From a virus, in IMG/VR virus record IMGVR_UViG_3300043427_003402: a stretch of 64,000 bases of DNA; one strand, given 5' to 3'. The notes under the pieces are model-generated. The model was not told the origin of the DNA. It searched no databases and was given only the letters and a program-made list of their open reading frames with translations. Below, in pieces: positions 1 to 8,989 of this stretch (position 1 is the stretch's first letter; the number at the start of each line of letters is the position of its first letter). The translations under genes were made by a program, and so were the position numbers.

Positions 1-682
1 CGATGATGGGCTCCATCACCAAGCTGCCGACTTCGGCGGAGTTCCACTTCAGGACGTCGTGGTACGTGATTTCGTTCGTCATCACGAGTTCCATGTCCAA
101 GCGGTTACGCGACATCGCCTTCTTGGCGTCGGCAATGATGTCCTTGGTCAGCGGCGCAGCGGTAGCCAACGCGTTGGTGGCCGCAAATCGCGCCACACAG
201 CGCTCAATCGCTTCGACCAGCGAGATGTCTTCGACGACCAGAATGTCGTTATGTGCAATGCTTTCCAGGTAACTTCTGATGGGGAAGCTGTTGGCCAGCA
301 ACTGCATCTCGGTCAAAGTGATCATTTTGGTCTTGATGGGCTTGAAGTAAACCCGCGCCAAACGCGACCGGAACCACACTTCCTTCGACGGCTGCATGAA
401 GTCAACGGCCGTGGCGAGGTACTCGCCAAACCGTGGCTCAACCGGCACCAGGGTCGAAGGAACGTCCGGGTTCCGCTCGTCGGGCTGCAACTCGGCGTTG
501 CTGATCGGGCGGTAGGCCAAAACACGACGCGAGATACCGTCCTCGCGGAGGATAGACAGAATCAATTCTTCTTTAATGACGCTGGCCAACTTGCTGATGG
601 TTTCAGCGTTTCCGGACTTCAACCGAGCCACGAAGCCTTCGTTAACGGCTTGCGTCTCAGCAAAACTCATAGGGTGATCCAT
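1..682 (-). CDS. Major capsid protein (HK97-fold, probable), N-terminal 227 codons; runs off the left edge
   Basis: Not in the ORF track; translated by hand from ATG 682 (SD GAGAGGT at 691-697): MDHPMSFAETQAVNEGFVARLKSGNAETISKLASVIKEELILSILREDGISRRVL...PIRSYLESIAHNDILVVED..., open to the edge. Lies downstream of protease, scaffold and decoration genes; the pattern resembles large-phage capsid proteins. Confidence 0.75.
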   Translation of the reverse strand, partial: MDHPMSFAETQAVNEGFVARLKSGNAETISKLASVIKEELILSILREDGISRRVLAYRPISNAELQPDERNPDVPSTLVPVEPRFGEYLATAVDFMQPSKEVWFRSRLARVYFKPIKTKMITLTEMQLLANSFPIRSYLESIAHNDILVVEDISLVEAIERCVARFAATNALATAAPLTKDIIADAKKAMSRNRLDMELVMTNEITYHDVLKWNSAEVGSLVMEPII

Positions 683-706
683 TTTCGGCGACCTCTCTTA
701 CGTGAA

Positions 707-1249
707 TTACAAGGTGATGCGGCACTGAACCGAGGTGGTTCCAGTGACAGCACTAGGGGCTTCCACATATCCGATGACCCGGTCACCGACAACCGTACCG
801 AAGTCAGCAGGGCACAATTTACCGTTAAGCACAGTCAGCGACCGGCCGGCGGTGTAGCTCGCGAGCGTGACAGCCGCGCCACCGTGCGTACCAATGAACA
901 GCGCTTCGACCGGCCACACCGCAAGGATAGAACCGAACAGGCCCGTCGGGGCGTCGGTCAGTTCGGAGCCGGGGAACTCGTCCGCGATGACGGGCTGCTG
1001 AATGATGACTTCAGCATTACCGGTGAAGACCAAGTACGTGGAGCGCTTGGCGTCCGCCGCCTGCTCAAACTTGCCAGGGGCCGCAACCGACGGCGCAAGG
1101 AAGAAGCCGTCGTGGACGATGTCGGCCGCCACCGCGCCTGCCACCAAGGGGCAAGGAACGCGGGCGTACACGCCGCCTTGCATTTCAAATTTGTTGTCTT
1201 GGAACGTTTTGCGCAGGCTACCCGGCGCGCCGAAAGAAATGTTTGCCAT
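707..1249 (-). CDS. Putative capsid decoration/cement protein
   Basis: 180 aa, beta-rich, strong SD (AGGAG), directly upstream of the capsid gene. Confidence 0.5.
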   Translation of the reverse strand: MANISFGAPGSLRKTFQDNKFEMQGGVYARVPCPLVAGAVAADIVHDGFFLAPSVAAPGKFEQAADAKRSTYLVFTGNAEVIIQQPVIADEFPGSELTDAPTGLFGSILAVWPVEALFIGTHGGAAVTLASYTAGRSLTVLNGKLCPADFGTVVGDRVIGYVEAPSAVTGTTSVQCRITL

Positions 1250-1272
1250 TTTAATCTCCTCTAAGCCGAGTG

Positions 1273-1279
1273 AATTATC
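1273..1279 (-). promoter_or_regulatory. GATAATT putative phage promoter element
   Basis: CAGGGTGATAATT in the gap upstream of 1249; motif recurs in other intergenic regions. Confidence 0.55.
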
Positions 1280-1296
1280 ACCCTGTAACGCAAAAC

Positions 1297-2253
1297 TTAC
1301 CGATTGAGCTGGGAAAGACAGAAATCATCGAAACTGGTACCGCGGCCAGCGTTAAAGCCCCCGTCCGCCCCTGCGACGTCAGAAATTACTTCACCTAGCC
1401 GTGCAGACTTGGCGTGCGCCGGTGCAATCCGCTGCACGGTCTGCGCGAGCACGTCCGAAGCTTCGGGGCTACCGTAGAATACAGCGGCATACTTATCAAT
1501 CTCATCTGTAGCGATCGCACCGGACGCGCAAAGCTCGTTCGCTCTTTTGAGCGCTTCGTCGCGCTTTGGGATGTCCGCTAGGATCGCTGCAGCTTTCTCA
1601 AGGCTAGTTAGCGCCTCTTGTATACGAGCAATTTTAGGGTCCATGTTCTGCGCGCCCTCCTGCGGTTTTAAGCCTTCTGCTTGATGAATTTGATTCATAA
1701 TCGTGCCGGATCCAACCAGTGTAGCGGTGTCGGTACTGAAGTTCTTGACCTTTTTACCTAGCTCGCCGCCTACGCCGGGCACGGCGACACCGTGCAGGGT
1801 ATGGGCATAAGCACTTGGGTTACGCCCGTGCTCCGTCAGTACTTTTGCCAAGTCTAGGTCGGAGTGTGAGTGTTCCCTTATCAAGTTATCTAAACTTTGC
1901 CGCAAGCTTGCACCGTGCTGCTGCAGCTTCGCGTCGCTAGAGCCCTCGTAGTGTTGTAGAGTGTCTTTAATGCGCTTTATGTGCTCAGGTTCCAGCTTTA
2001 TGTCTTCTTTACGTGCGTGACCAAGCCAGTTGCCCACCGTGTAATCAACTTTTTCCCCGGCACGGGCTGCGGTCTCACCCCACTTTGCAGGGCTCAGTGC
2101 ACTGGGAACGTTAAGCGCCGGGTTTCCTGTCGCCTTTCGTAGGGCCCACTGCGCGGGCCTGTGCGTCAGGTAATCCGCCGCCCCCAGTACAAGACTGGAG
2201 TTGCGGGGGTTTACCAGCAAGCTATGAAGTTCGGAGTTGATAGGCGTGGGCAT
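1297..2253 (-). CDS. Scaffold/internal head protein; possible nested start at 1644
   Basis: 318 aa; helical C-half (LEKAAA) ending SFDDFCLSQLNR; located in the head module. Confidence 0.45.
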   Translation of the reverse strand: MPTPINSELHSLLVNPRNSSLVLGAADYLTHRPAQWALRKATGNPALNVPSALSPAKWGETAARAGEKVDYTVGNWLGHARKEDIKLEPEHIKRIKDTLQHYEGSSDAKLQQHGASLRQSLDNLIREHSHSDLDLAKVLTEHGRNPSAYAHTLHGVAVPGVGGELGKKVKNFSTDTATLVGSGTIMNQIHQAEGLKPQEGAQNMDPKIARIQEALTSLEKAAAILADIPKRDEALKRANELCASGAIATDEIDKYAAVFYGSPEASDVLAQTVQRIAPAHAKSARLGEVISDVAGADGGFNAGRGTSFDDFCLSQLNR

Positions 2254-2271
2254 AGCGCGTGCAGTCTGTGG

Positions 2272-2472
2272 CTACTGCGGGTTCTGCAAAGCGTTTACAT
2301 AACTGGCATACTGCAGGTTTTTGTAAATGTTTACCAAAGCCGCAGTTTTATACGCTTCTTGCTGCGCGCCCACCAACTCCGGTAGCTCCAGCTCCAACGT
2401 TTCTCTTGCTGTCTTTAAAATATCTTGTGCTTCTTTAAGGAGCGCGTCGCGCTCCGACAGCCATTTCGACAT
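2272..2472 (-). CDS. Small helical head-associated protein (MSKWLSERD...)
   Basis: ATG 2472 directly follows the upstream stop; KEAQ/KTAR/KTAA motifs. Confidence 0.55.
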   Translation of the reverse strand: MSKWLSERDALLKEAQDILKTARETLELELPELVGAQQEAYKTAALVNIYKNLQYASYVNALQNPQ

Positions 2473-2473
2473 T

Positions 2474-2707
2474 CTATACCTGCCCGTACGCCGCAAGCGT
2501 CTCGTAATACGCCTGGTCAAATGCCAACTTCTCCTGCTCTGCCTGCAGGATCTGCGCGTATTCAGGATCCAGTGCAGCTAGCTTCGCTGTGTGCTCGTTA
2601 AACGCGGCGTCGAACAGCGCCTCTGTCTGCTCCGCTTCGTAAACGGCCGCCTGCTTAAGCAGCTCCTGCTCGTAAGCTTGATGTTGCAGTTGTGCGTAGA
2701 TACTCAT
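2474..2707 (-). CDS. Small scaffold-like paralog (HTAKLAALDP family)
   Basis: 77 aa; shares LFDAAF.EHTAKLAALDP.YA..LQ.EQ.K.AFD with both neighbours; SD AGGAG. Confidence 0.7.
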   Translation of the reverse strand: MSIYAQLQHQAYEQELLKQAAVYEAEQTEALFDAAFNEHTAKLAALDPEYAQILQAEQEKLAFDQAYYETLAAYGQV

Positions 2708-2740
2708 TTCGTACTCCTGTTGGTTATGACGGGGACGGGT

Positions 2741-2971
2741 TTAAGCGATGCCATACTGCGCCAGCGTAGCGCGGTAGGCCTCGTCGAAGGCTATTTTCTG
2801 CTGCTCAACCTGCAGCATCTCCGCATAGCTAGGGTCAAGCGCAGCCAGCTTTGCCGTGTGCTCGTCGAACGCGGCGTCAAACAGGTCGGCGTAAGCCGTC
2901 TCCGCGGCGCTTTTTTGCACGTACGCGGCCCAAAATGCGTTCTCAGTAAGCGCGTCTTCTACGGACTTCAT
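2741..2971 (-). CDS. Small scaffold-like paralog (HTAKLAALDP family)
   Basis: 76 aa; same repeat; SD GGAGG. Confidence 0.7.
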   Translation of the reverse strand: MKSVEDALTENAFWAAYVQKSAAETAYADLFDAAFDEHTAKLAALDPSYAEMLQVEQQKIAFDEAYRATLAQYGIA

Positions 2972-2973
2972 TT

Positions 2974-3540
2974 TTAGAAACCTCCAAACTGATTAAAACC
3001 GCGGGCCCCCATCTGTTGTTGCACGTGCAGGACGGCATCCTCAAAGCCTTGGTTAAAGGCCGCCTTCTCTTGTTCCGCCGCCAATAGCTGAGCGTAGCTA
3101 GGATCGAGGCTTGCCAGCTTTGCAGTGTGCAGCTCAAAAACTTCGTTGAACAGGTCAGCTTCTGCTTGCGCTTCACCTGCTTGCTTGAGCGGCTCCGGTG
3201 CGGTGGTTCCAAAAACGTTTTGCCGCGCCATGTCGGCAAGGAACAAAGACGTCGCTTCCGCAGCGGCCAGTTTGCGCAGGTCTTCAGGCAGCGCCTCGAG
3301 GCCCGCAAGGAGATCAAACTCGGTGCTAGCGGACTTTTTCTCGTCCTCTTCTCCGCCCTTTTCCTTGGCCCGGCGCATGCGCTCTCTGAAAGCGTTGTCT
3401 CGCTCCGTCTTTTCGTCCTTGGAATGTTCTTTATCTTTATCTTTGTCTTTCTCGTCTTTTTTGTCGCTGTCTGCCGCCAGCTTCACACCTTCTTCAGTAA
3501 GCTGGCTAATCAGACTCTGTATAAATTCGTTGCTGGCCAT
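2974..3540 (-). CDS. Scaffold-like protein with charged linker and HTAKLASLDP module
   Basis: ATG 3540 has SD GAGGAGG; D/K/E-rich tract; C-terminal module paralogous to the two downstream ORFs. Confidence 0.65.
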   Translation of the reverse strand: MASNEFIQSLISQLTEEGVKLAADSDKKDEKDKDKDKEHSKDEKTERDNAFRERMRRAKEKGGEEDEKKSASTEFDLLAGLEALPEDLRKLAAAEATSLFLADMARQNVFGTTAPEPLKQAGEAQAEADLFNEVFELHTAKLASLDPSYAQLLAAEQEKAAFNQGFEDAVLHVQQQMGARGFNQFGGF

Positions 3541-3569
3541 TAAAGCATCCTCCTCAGTAGGCACTTAAA

Positions 3570-3884
3570 TTATACGCGCGGGTGCACTTCGTCGTGTAAG
3601 CCGTAGAATTTGCGCGCTGTACGCCGCACTAAACTTGTTGCGGCGTCCGCAATCGGCCGCATCAGCACGCCGTCGATAACGCCGCCCATACTACCACCAA
3701 GTAAAGACGTGCCGCCGGCACCGCGCGGATTACTCATGAGCCCGTACGCGACGTTGTTGAGTGAGTTACGCGCCATATCGGCTTTGTGCGCGTCGAAGTA
3801 TGCCGCAGTCGCACGTGCGTGCTGCTGCACGTCTTCCATTACGGCCCCGTGCTTGATTAGCTGGTACGCCTCGAACGGCCGCAT
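3570..3884 (-). CDS. Hypothetical virion protein with leader MRPFEAYQLIKHGA
   Basis: 104 aa, start overlaps the protease stop; Gly-rich segment. Confidence 0.6.
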   Translation of the reverse strand: MRPFEAYQLIKHGAVMEDVQQHARATAAYFDAHKADMARNSLNNVAYGLMSNPRGAGGTSLLGGSMGGVIDGVLMRPIADAATSLVRRTARKFYGLHDEVHPRV

Positions 3885-5314
3885 TAAAAGTCTCCAAAGC
3901 TCGTGGTGTAGGCGCTGTGCAGCTGCGCCGCACCGTAGCCAAATTCGCCGCTAGCTTTCTTGTGAATTCCGTGGTACACCGCCAAGTACGGAAGCAGCCC
4001 CGCGTCTAGGTTAACGCGTAAGTTTGCCGCTTTAATTATAGGCGCGCGCATGCGCCGCGGAGTGACGAACGGTTCTATGTACGAACGTTTCTCTGCAAAT
4101 GGCCGAACTAGGTTCATTACACGCTCTACGTTCGCAAAACTTTTACGCGCAAACTTAATTTGCGCGTTTTGCGCAATTTCATCCCGCCAGCCATCAACGG
4201 GCGGAACGTACACCACAGCTTGGTCCAGTTCGTACGCGAGTTTTGGTGTGAGCGCATCCGAACCGAACGTAACGTAGTACAGTTCTGAGGGGCGCAAGCA
4301 CATACCGAGTTTAGCCAAACCGGCGGTCACTTCGTCTAAACTAAACTGCCTCAGCTTGTCCAGGACGGGCGGCGGCAGTACCGGCTCGTTTTGGTACAGG
4401 GTTTGAAACTCGTCCAAGACCACATCCAGCGGGAGATCCGGTCCCTGTTTCTCAATCTTCGCCGATTTTGCCACCGGGTTGCTCGCGAGAGTACGCGTGT
4501 CTAAGCGCGCCTGATCACGCGCCACCTTCATGATTGAAAGGGCCTCCGGCGCAGCGGGACTCTCGACGCAAGACTCGTCGAAGAAATGCGGGAAGTCATT
4601 TATCATGCAGACCGGCGTACCGTCTTCTTTAATTTGCCGCAAGCTGTACGCGCTGGTACCGGGCTTGATGTGTACGCAATACTGCGCGCGGGTGGGCGCA
4701 AGGTTTTGGCAAATGCTGCACCGGTCAAACGGCACGCGCGCTGCCATCGAGGTCCCGATCGTTGCCCCGTTATCTAGCCTGTCTGCCCACTTTTTACCTT
4801 TGGTGCGGTCAATCCAGATTAGGTTCTCTACGCGGTGCATCCGGTTGTTCCAAAACGTGTTCTGGATTCCGCCGATTGCCAACCGGGGATCCGTATTACG
4901 ATGCTCCTCAAACACATGGCCTTTAAGAAAGGTCTTGTAGCCCCAGCCTGGACGGATACGAGCTTTGAACTTATCGAAGAAGCTCATAGCTGTGTCTGCC
5001 GGCGGAAGCCCGAGCAGCGCTTTCTCCGGGAACGCGTCGCCGTTGTTGTTGACGCCCCAAAATTCGCTCGCGCCCAAGCCGATTACCAAGGCGTACACCC
5101 TGCCCGGTACGGCTTTTACGTTGTGGCACTCCGCTAAAGCTTCTTCCGCCGCCGCAGTCTTAACTTGGTGCTGCCCAACGGAGCGCCGGTCGTCGACCTC
5201 TAAGCCACGAGACGTTTGCGCCAGTTTAACTACGCGCGACTCACCTGTGTTCAACGAGTGGTCGTCACCGAGCGCGATGTGCTTCTCAAGGTGGGGCGGG
5301 TGTTGCATTTTCAT
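3884..5314 (-). CDS. Prohead (capsid maturation) protease with Zn-finger
   Basis: NNNGDAF, YKTF, VFEEHRN (candidate catalytic His), GTSMAA (candidate catalytic Ser), CSIC..YCVH, ESCVESPAAPEA; upstream of scaffold and capsid genes. Confidence 0.7.
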   Translation of the reverse strand: MKMQHPPHLEKHIALGDDHSLNTGESRVVKLAQTSRGLEVDDRRSVGQHQVKTAAAEEALAECHNVKAVPGRVYALVIGLGASEFWGVNNNGDAFPEKALLGLPPADTAMSFFDKFKARIRPGWGYKTFLKGHVFEEHRNTDPRLAIGGIQNTFWNNRMHRVENLIWIDRTKGKKWADRLDNGATIGTSMAARVPFDRCSICQNLAPTRAQYCVHIKPGTSAYSLRQIKEDGTPVCMINDFPHFFDESCVESPAAPEALSIMKVARDQARLDTRTLASNPVAKSAKIEKQGPDLPLDVVLDEFQTLYQNEPVLPPPVLDKLRQFSLDEVTAGLAKLGMCLRPSELYYVTFGSDALTPKLAYELDQAVVYVPPVDGWRDEIAQNAQIKFARKSFANVERVMNLVRPFAEKRSYIEPFVTPRRMRAPIIKAANLRVNLDAGLLPYLAVYHGIHKKASGEFGYGAAQLHSAYTTSFGDF

Positions 5315-5315
5315 A

Positions 5316-6167
5316 TTAGAGATTTAGGTCTTTTTTGTAGTTATGGTGCAGCATAGCAGCAGCTGCCTCACCCACAACCGGCGCGAAGGGCCCAGTGGGG
5401 AGCGCCAATGTGGAGGTCCCAAGCGACGTCAAGTATGGGTGCTTAACGACAAAAGGAAGCTCGCCAGACCGCCCTTGCGCTTTCTCGCGGTCAGCGTAAT
5501 GCGAACGCGCGGTGTAGTGCAATACAGGCGCGGCGCCATACATTGCACCCGCAGCGGCAAACGGGCCGCCCACCAGCGAGGCGGGTATTCCCAGTGCGTA
5601 ACGGGTAGCGTACGGGTGGTTTAAGGCGAAAGACTCGACTTTATCCTGAAAAGAAGGTTCCGTAGCCGTAGGCGAGGAGGCTTCAGCCGGGACAACCGCC
5701 GTCTCGGCCGCAATCTTAGCCATCGCAAATTGGTACCCTGCAGCGTACGCTGCGTCTAGCCGCTGGTTGTACATTTGACCCGTCCTTTCGGTTGCTGAGC
5801 TCATTTTCTGTAAAGCAAACGGGTCTGTCGCGCCGTACGCCTGCTCTACCGCCTTGCGCTTGTTATCGACGTCGTTGTGCCCCTTCATGGCGCCCGCGCC
5901 CAAGCCCACAAGTCCGCCAGCGCCGGCCATACCGAGCGTGCCGCGGAACCCCGCGTTGTGCTTACGGAGCAAGATACCTGTACCTATGCCCACCGCGCTA
6001 CCTACGGCGCCGCCCTCTAAAATACCTTTCGCGTAGTGCGGCGTGGGATTTATGACCACGTCAGTAGGGTCGTCCTCGTGACGCGCGAATGAAAACTGGC
6101 TCGCGGCCTTAAGGCCCGTGTTTTGCGTTTGCAAGCTGCTTACGGCTAAAGATCCAAGAGTGTGCAC
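5316..6167 (-). CDS. Glycine-zipper virion protein (HPY family)
   Basis: GTG start with SD GGAGG; GGAVGSAVGIGTG and GAGGLVGLGAG segments; NHPY and LPFVVKHPY motifs; KAAS/KIAA sites. Confidence 0.65.
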   Translation of the reverse strand: MHTLGSLAVSSLQTQNTGLKAASQFSFARHEDDPTDVVINPTPHYAKGILEGGAVGSAVGIGTGILLRKHNAGFRGTLGMAGAGGLVGLGAGAMKGHNDVDNKRKAVEQAYGATDPFALQKMSSATERTGQMYNQRLDAAYAAGYQFAMAKIAAETAVVPAEASSPTATEPSFQDKVESFALNHPYATRYALGIPASLVGGPFAAAGAMYGAAPVLHYTARSHYADREKAQGRSGELPFVVKHPYLTSLGTSTLALPTGPFAPVVGEAAAAMLHHNYKKDLNL

Positions 6168-6186
6168 CGCGTCGCCTCCTAAGGTT

Positions 6187-6215
6187 GCACGAGCCAGCGG
6201 TAGGCCGGCTCGTGC
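6187..6215. other. GC-rich intergenic hairpin
   Basis: GCACGAGCC...GGCTCGTGC 9-bp inverted repeat; no clear U-tract. Confidence 0.4.
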
Positions 6216-6240
6216 GCTGTGCCGTTTTACTTATCTATTG

Positions 6241-7020
6241 CTAGATCAGCCCCATCTGCCGCAACGCGAATTGCTGGCCCAGATAGGCGGCGGCCTTAAC
6301 TTCGTCGCCCGCGGGCTGCATCATCTGATGTACACCGTAACCGAGCCCGCCAGCCGCCGCGACTCCCAGACCGGCGATGCCAGCGCGCTCCAAACGGCTC
6401 CGATTATGCCACAAGGCGTCAGCGGCCTGCGAACCGAGACTGCGAACCGCGGGCGTATGGCTCTGTGGGCCCGGTACTTTTTTGTTTGCTTCTTGGCGGA
6501 TTTCAAGCATGTCTTGCAGCACCTGCTGCTTTTCTTGCTCCTTTAGAAACGCGTCTTGGCGCTGCTGTAAACTCTTGGGGCTAACCGGCTGCCGCTTAAT
6601 TACATTGCCATTCGCGTCGTACTGCCCGCGTTCAGGCGCACTCAGGTTCTCTTTCATTTTGTTAATTGCGAATTGGCGCTGTTCTTCGGTCAGCGCCTGC
6701 TTGTTCATCATGTAAACGTACTCGGCGAACTTGATCGCTTCGTCCACCACAGCGGCGGCCTTCACGTCAGCCTGCATCTGCATCGAGGGCGAAGAGCCAG
6801 GGGCAGGAGTCGAGTAGCCGGCTCCGGCGTCAGCCGAACCCGAGATCAGCGCCATAGCCTGCATGTTAGCGCGGTTTTGTGCCAAGGCGGACGACGTTGC
6901 CTCGACAGCGTCGCTGTCCATGTGCCCGCTGTTCACGCCCATGCCCACTTGCCCTGGAATCAAGGCATCAGACGCCTGCTTCGACAGCAGGTCTACGTAC
7001 AGATCGTAAGGGGTTGTCAT
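6241..7020 (-). CDS. Hypothetical internal virion protein with leader MTTPYDLYVDLLSKQAS
   Basis: 259 aa, SD GGAGG; several KxA sites; C-terminal Gly/Ala hydrophobic helix. Confidence 0.65.
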   Translation of the reverse strand: MTTPYDLYVDLLSKQASDALIPGQVGMGVNSGHMDSDAVEATSSALAQNRANMQAMALISGSADAGAGYSTPAPGSSPSMQMQADVKAAAVVDEAIKFAEYVYMMNKQALTEEQRQFAINKMKENLSAPERGQYDANGNVIKRQPVSPKSLQQRQDAFLKEQEKQQVLQDMLEIRQEANKKVPGPQSHTPAVRSLGSQAADALWHNRSRLERAGIAGLGVAAAGGLGYGVHQMMQPAGDEVKAAAYLGQQFALRQMGLI

Positions 7021-7150
7021 TTTGTAGCTTCCTCCACAGTCAGCTTTGTATGTGCAATCACGTCACCAGAGAGATTATCGAACCGTGATCAAATTGCACA
7101 TTTTGGGGCCCTTTTAAATTGAGTAAAAGTGTAAATCCGGAGCGTACTGG

Positions 7151-7723
7151 TCATAACAAAGGCGAAACAAGCTTCGATCCGACATCCGCGGCCTGCAGCA
7201 GTGGCATGAAGGGCGCAGAACGCGTTTTTGTCATAGACTCTTGCGTGCGCACCAGTTCCATATACGTTGTGTGGTCGACGCCGTCGTAGTTCAACATGCG
7301 TTTAATTAAGGAGCCGGCGACGATGTGGTCTTTTGCGACGTCCGGCGCGGCGCGGGAGATGGACACGAAAAGCTCGCGCACGCGGCTTGGCTCTTCGCGC
7401 GCCAGTTCAGGGTAGCGCTGCAGCATGTCCTTGTAGGCGGAGTTTAACTGCATCTGCGAAACACTCGCCGCACCGCCTAACATAGCACCTGCCGCTGCAG
7501 TTGCGGTGCCCAACGCCATCAACCCGTGCCCGGGCATAAAAGCGCTCCGCGCGTTAGCCGGCAAAGACCTCGGAAAGTTACGGTTCAGGAGCATACCTGC
7601 ACCGGCAAGGAGCCCGCCGCCTATACCGCCTGTAAGGAGGCTTGGAATAGCCGCCGAGACTGGCGACGCGTAAGCGGTAATCGGAGCGTGTGTTACGCTG
7701 GGCAACTGACGGTCGTTATACAT
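7151..7723 (-). CDS. Hypothetical head-module protein with glycine zipper
   Basis: 190 aa, translationally coupled to the upstream ORF. Confidence 0.6.
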   Translation of the reverse strand: MYNDRQLPSVTHAPITAYASPVSAAIPSLLTGGIGGGLLAGAGMLLNRNFPRSLPANARSAFMPGHGLMALGTATAAAGAMLGGAASVSQMQLNSAYKDMLQRYPELAREEPSRVRELFVSISRAAPDVAKDHIVAGSLIKRMLNYDGVDHTTYMELVRTQESMTKTRSAPFMPLLQAADVGSKLVSPLL

Positions 7724-8495
7724 CTGCGCTCACTCCATTCTTTGCCGCCCGTATTGCGGCGTTAATTTTTGCAAGTTTTGCTTGGGCCTCACCCGTCGTC
7801 TGCGCTAGCGCCACCAACTTCGCGCTCGCGGCCTTCATGTGTTCAAAATCTCTCAGCGCCTGCGGCACCAACATCGCGATCGTCTGCCCGACCATTTCTT
7901 GCCGCTGGCTAGCCGCCTTCTCCAACACCGCCTCCAGCATCGACGCGACGGGGCCGCCGCACGCGTTCAATAGCTGCTGAAATTCAGCGGTCTTCTCCAA
8001 GCCCAACCGTTTGATCAAGTGCGCTTGGTGGCTCATCTTTTCCATTCCCAGACGAATTTCAGTGAGGCCAGTTTGGATCGCCGCCTCGCACGCAACCTTA
8101 TCTCGGTGCAGCTGCTGCTGTACGGCTCGGGTGTAGTCCACGGACGTAATGTTTTCAGTAGTAACGGACGCTGTCTTGGACCGCAGCTCTTCGCCTTCTC
8201 CTCGCGCCACCTTCACGGGCAGCGCCGCGGGTACTGACCGAGTAGCCAGCTTGGCTTGTGCCAGCTTGACAGCGGCAGCGTCTGCAATTGCAGGCTCGTC
8301 GTGACGGTCGAGCTGCATCGCGGTCTTAAAACTATGCCGGTTGACGCACGCAGTTAGCGCGTCAGTCACCTTCGGGCTGTAGCCGTGGTCGGAGGCGTAT
8401 TTCGCAACCAGCTCGTTTATGTCGCCGCCAGACGATCGGTGATTCTCGACGATGCACTGCGCGTCGGCCATGAGCTGAGGCTTAATATCCGGCAT
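7716..8495 (-). CDS. Hypothetical helical head-module protein with many KxA sites
   Basis: 259 aa; KYAS, KTAM, KLAQ, KTAS, EKTA, EKAAS, KAAS. Confidence 0.65.
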   Translation of the reverse strand: MPDIKPQLMADAQCIVENHRSSGGDINELVAKYASDHGYSPKVTDALTACVNRHSFKTAMQLDRHDEPAIADAAAVKLAQAKLATRSVPAALPVKVARGEGEELRSKTASVTTENITSVDYTRAVQQQLHRDKVACEAAIQTGLTEIRLGMEKMSHQAHLIKRLGLEKTAEFQQLLNACGGPVASMLEAVLEKAASQRQEMVGQTIAMLVPQALRDFEHMKAASAKLVALAQTTGEAQAKLAKINAAIRAAKNGVSADV

Positions 8496-8539
8496 AGTTA
8501 AAGACCTCGTTTCAGAAGGGGTCTTTTGAATTATGCGCC

Positions 8540-8920
8540 TTACCAGCCGCGGTTCTTTGTGCTGATCCTTTTGGTGTCAACGATGGGCGCGTTGATGATC
8601 TCCGCGCGGTCTACGTCGTCTTCTGCGTACTTAGCGATGCCTTTTTGGCGCATGTGCTTGTAAATAATCTGCGCCAGACTGTTATACACTTGGTGCACGC
8701 TCTCTGAATCGACTTCAAACACCATATCTTCGCGCGTGTTACCTTCCTCGTCAGCACGAAACACCACGACTACTTCGTTATCGGAGCAGACGAACTTTTC
8801 GATCGCTGTATAAGGAATCACTTCTCCGCGGAAGCGCAAACCATTGTGACCCAGTTCGGGCGGAAGGTCGTGGCCGACGATCGGCAACGCAAACGTAGAG
8901 AGATCCATTGGACTTGCCAT
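8540..8920 (-). CDS. Hypothetical protein
   Basis: 126 aa, SD AAGGAG, divergent from the terminase gene. Confidence 0.6.
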   Translation of the reverse strand: MASPMDLSTFALPIVGHDLPPELGHNGLRFRGEVIPYTAIEKFVCSDNEVVVVFRADEEGNTREDMVFEVDSESVHQVYNSLAQIIYKHMRQKGIAKYAEDDVDRAEIINAPIVDTKRISTKNRGW

Positions 8921-8989
8921 TTGACCTTTACTCCTTATAAAAGACGTGTTAGGATGACCCTTGCCAGTATACGCAGCAGCGAGAAGCGA

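Noticed and set aside
59-1264. 401-aa plus-strand ORF
   Set aside because: Antisense shadow of the capsid and decoration genes; the minus frames have SD sites and protein-like sequence
8846-8989. Track N-terminal extension of the terminase
   Set aside because: Overlaps the divergent gene and its SD; a downstream ATG is more plausible
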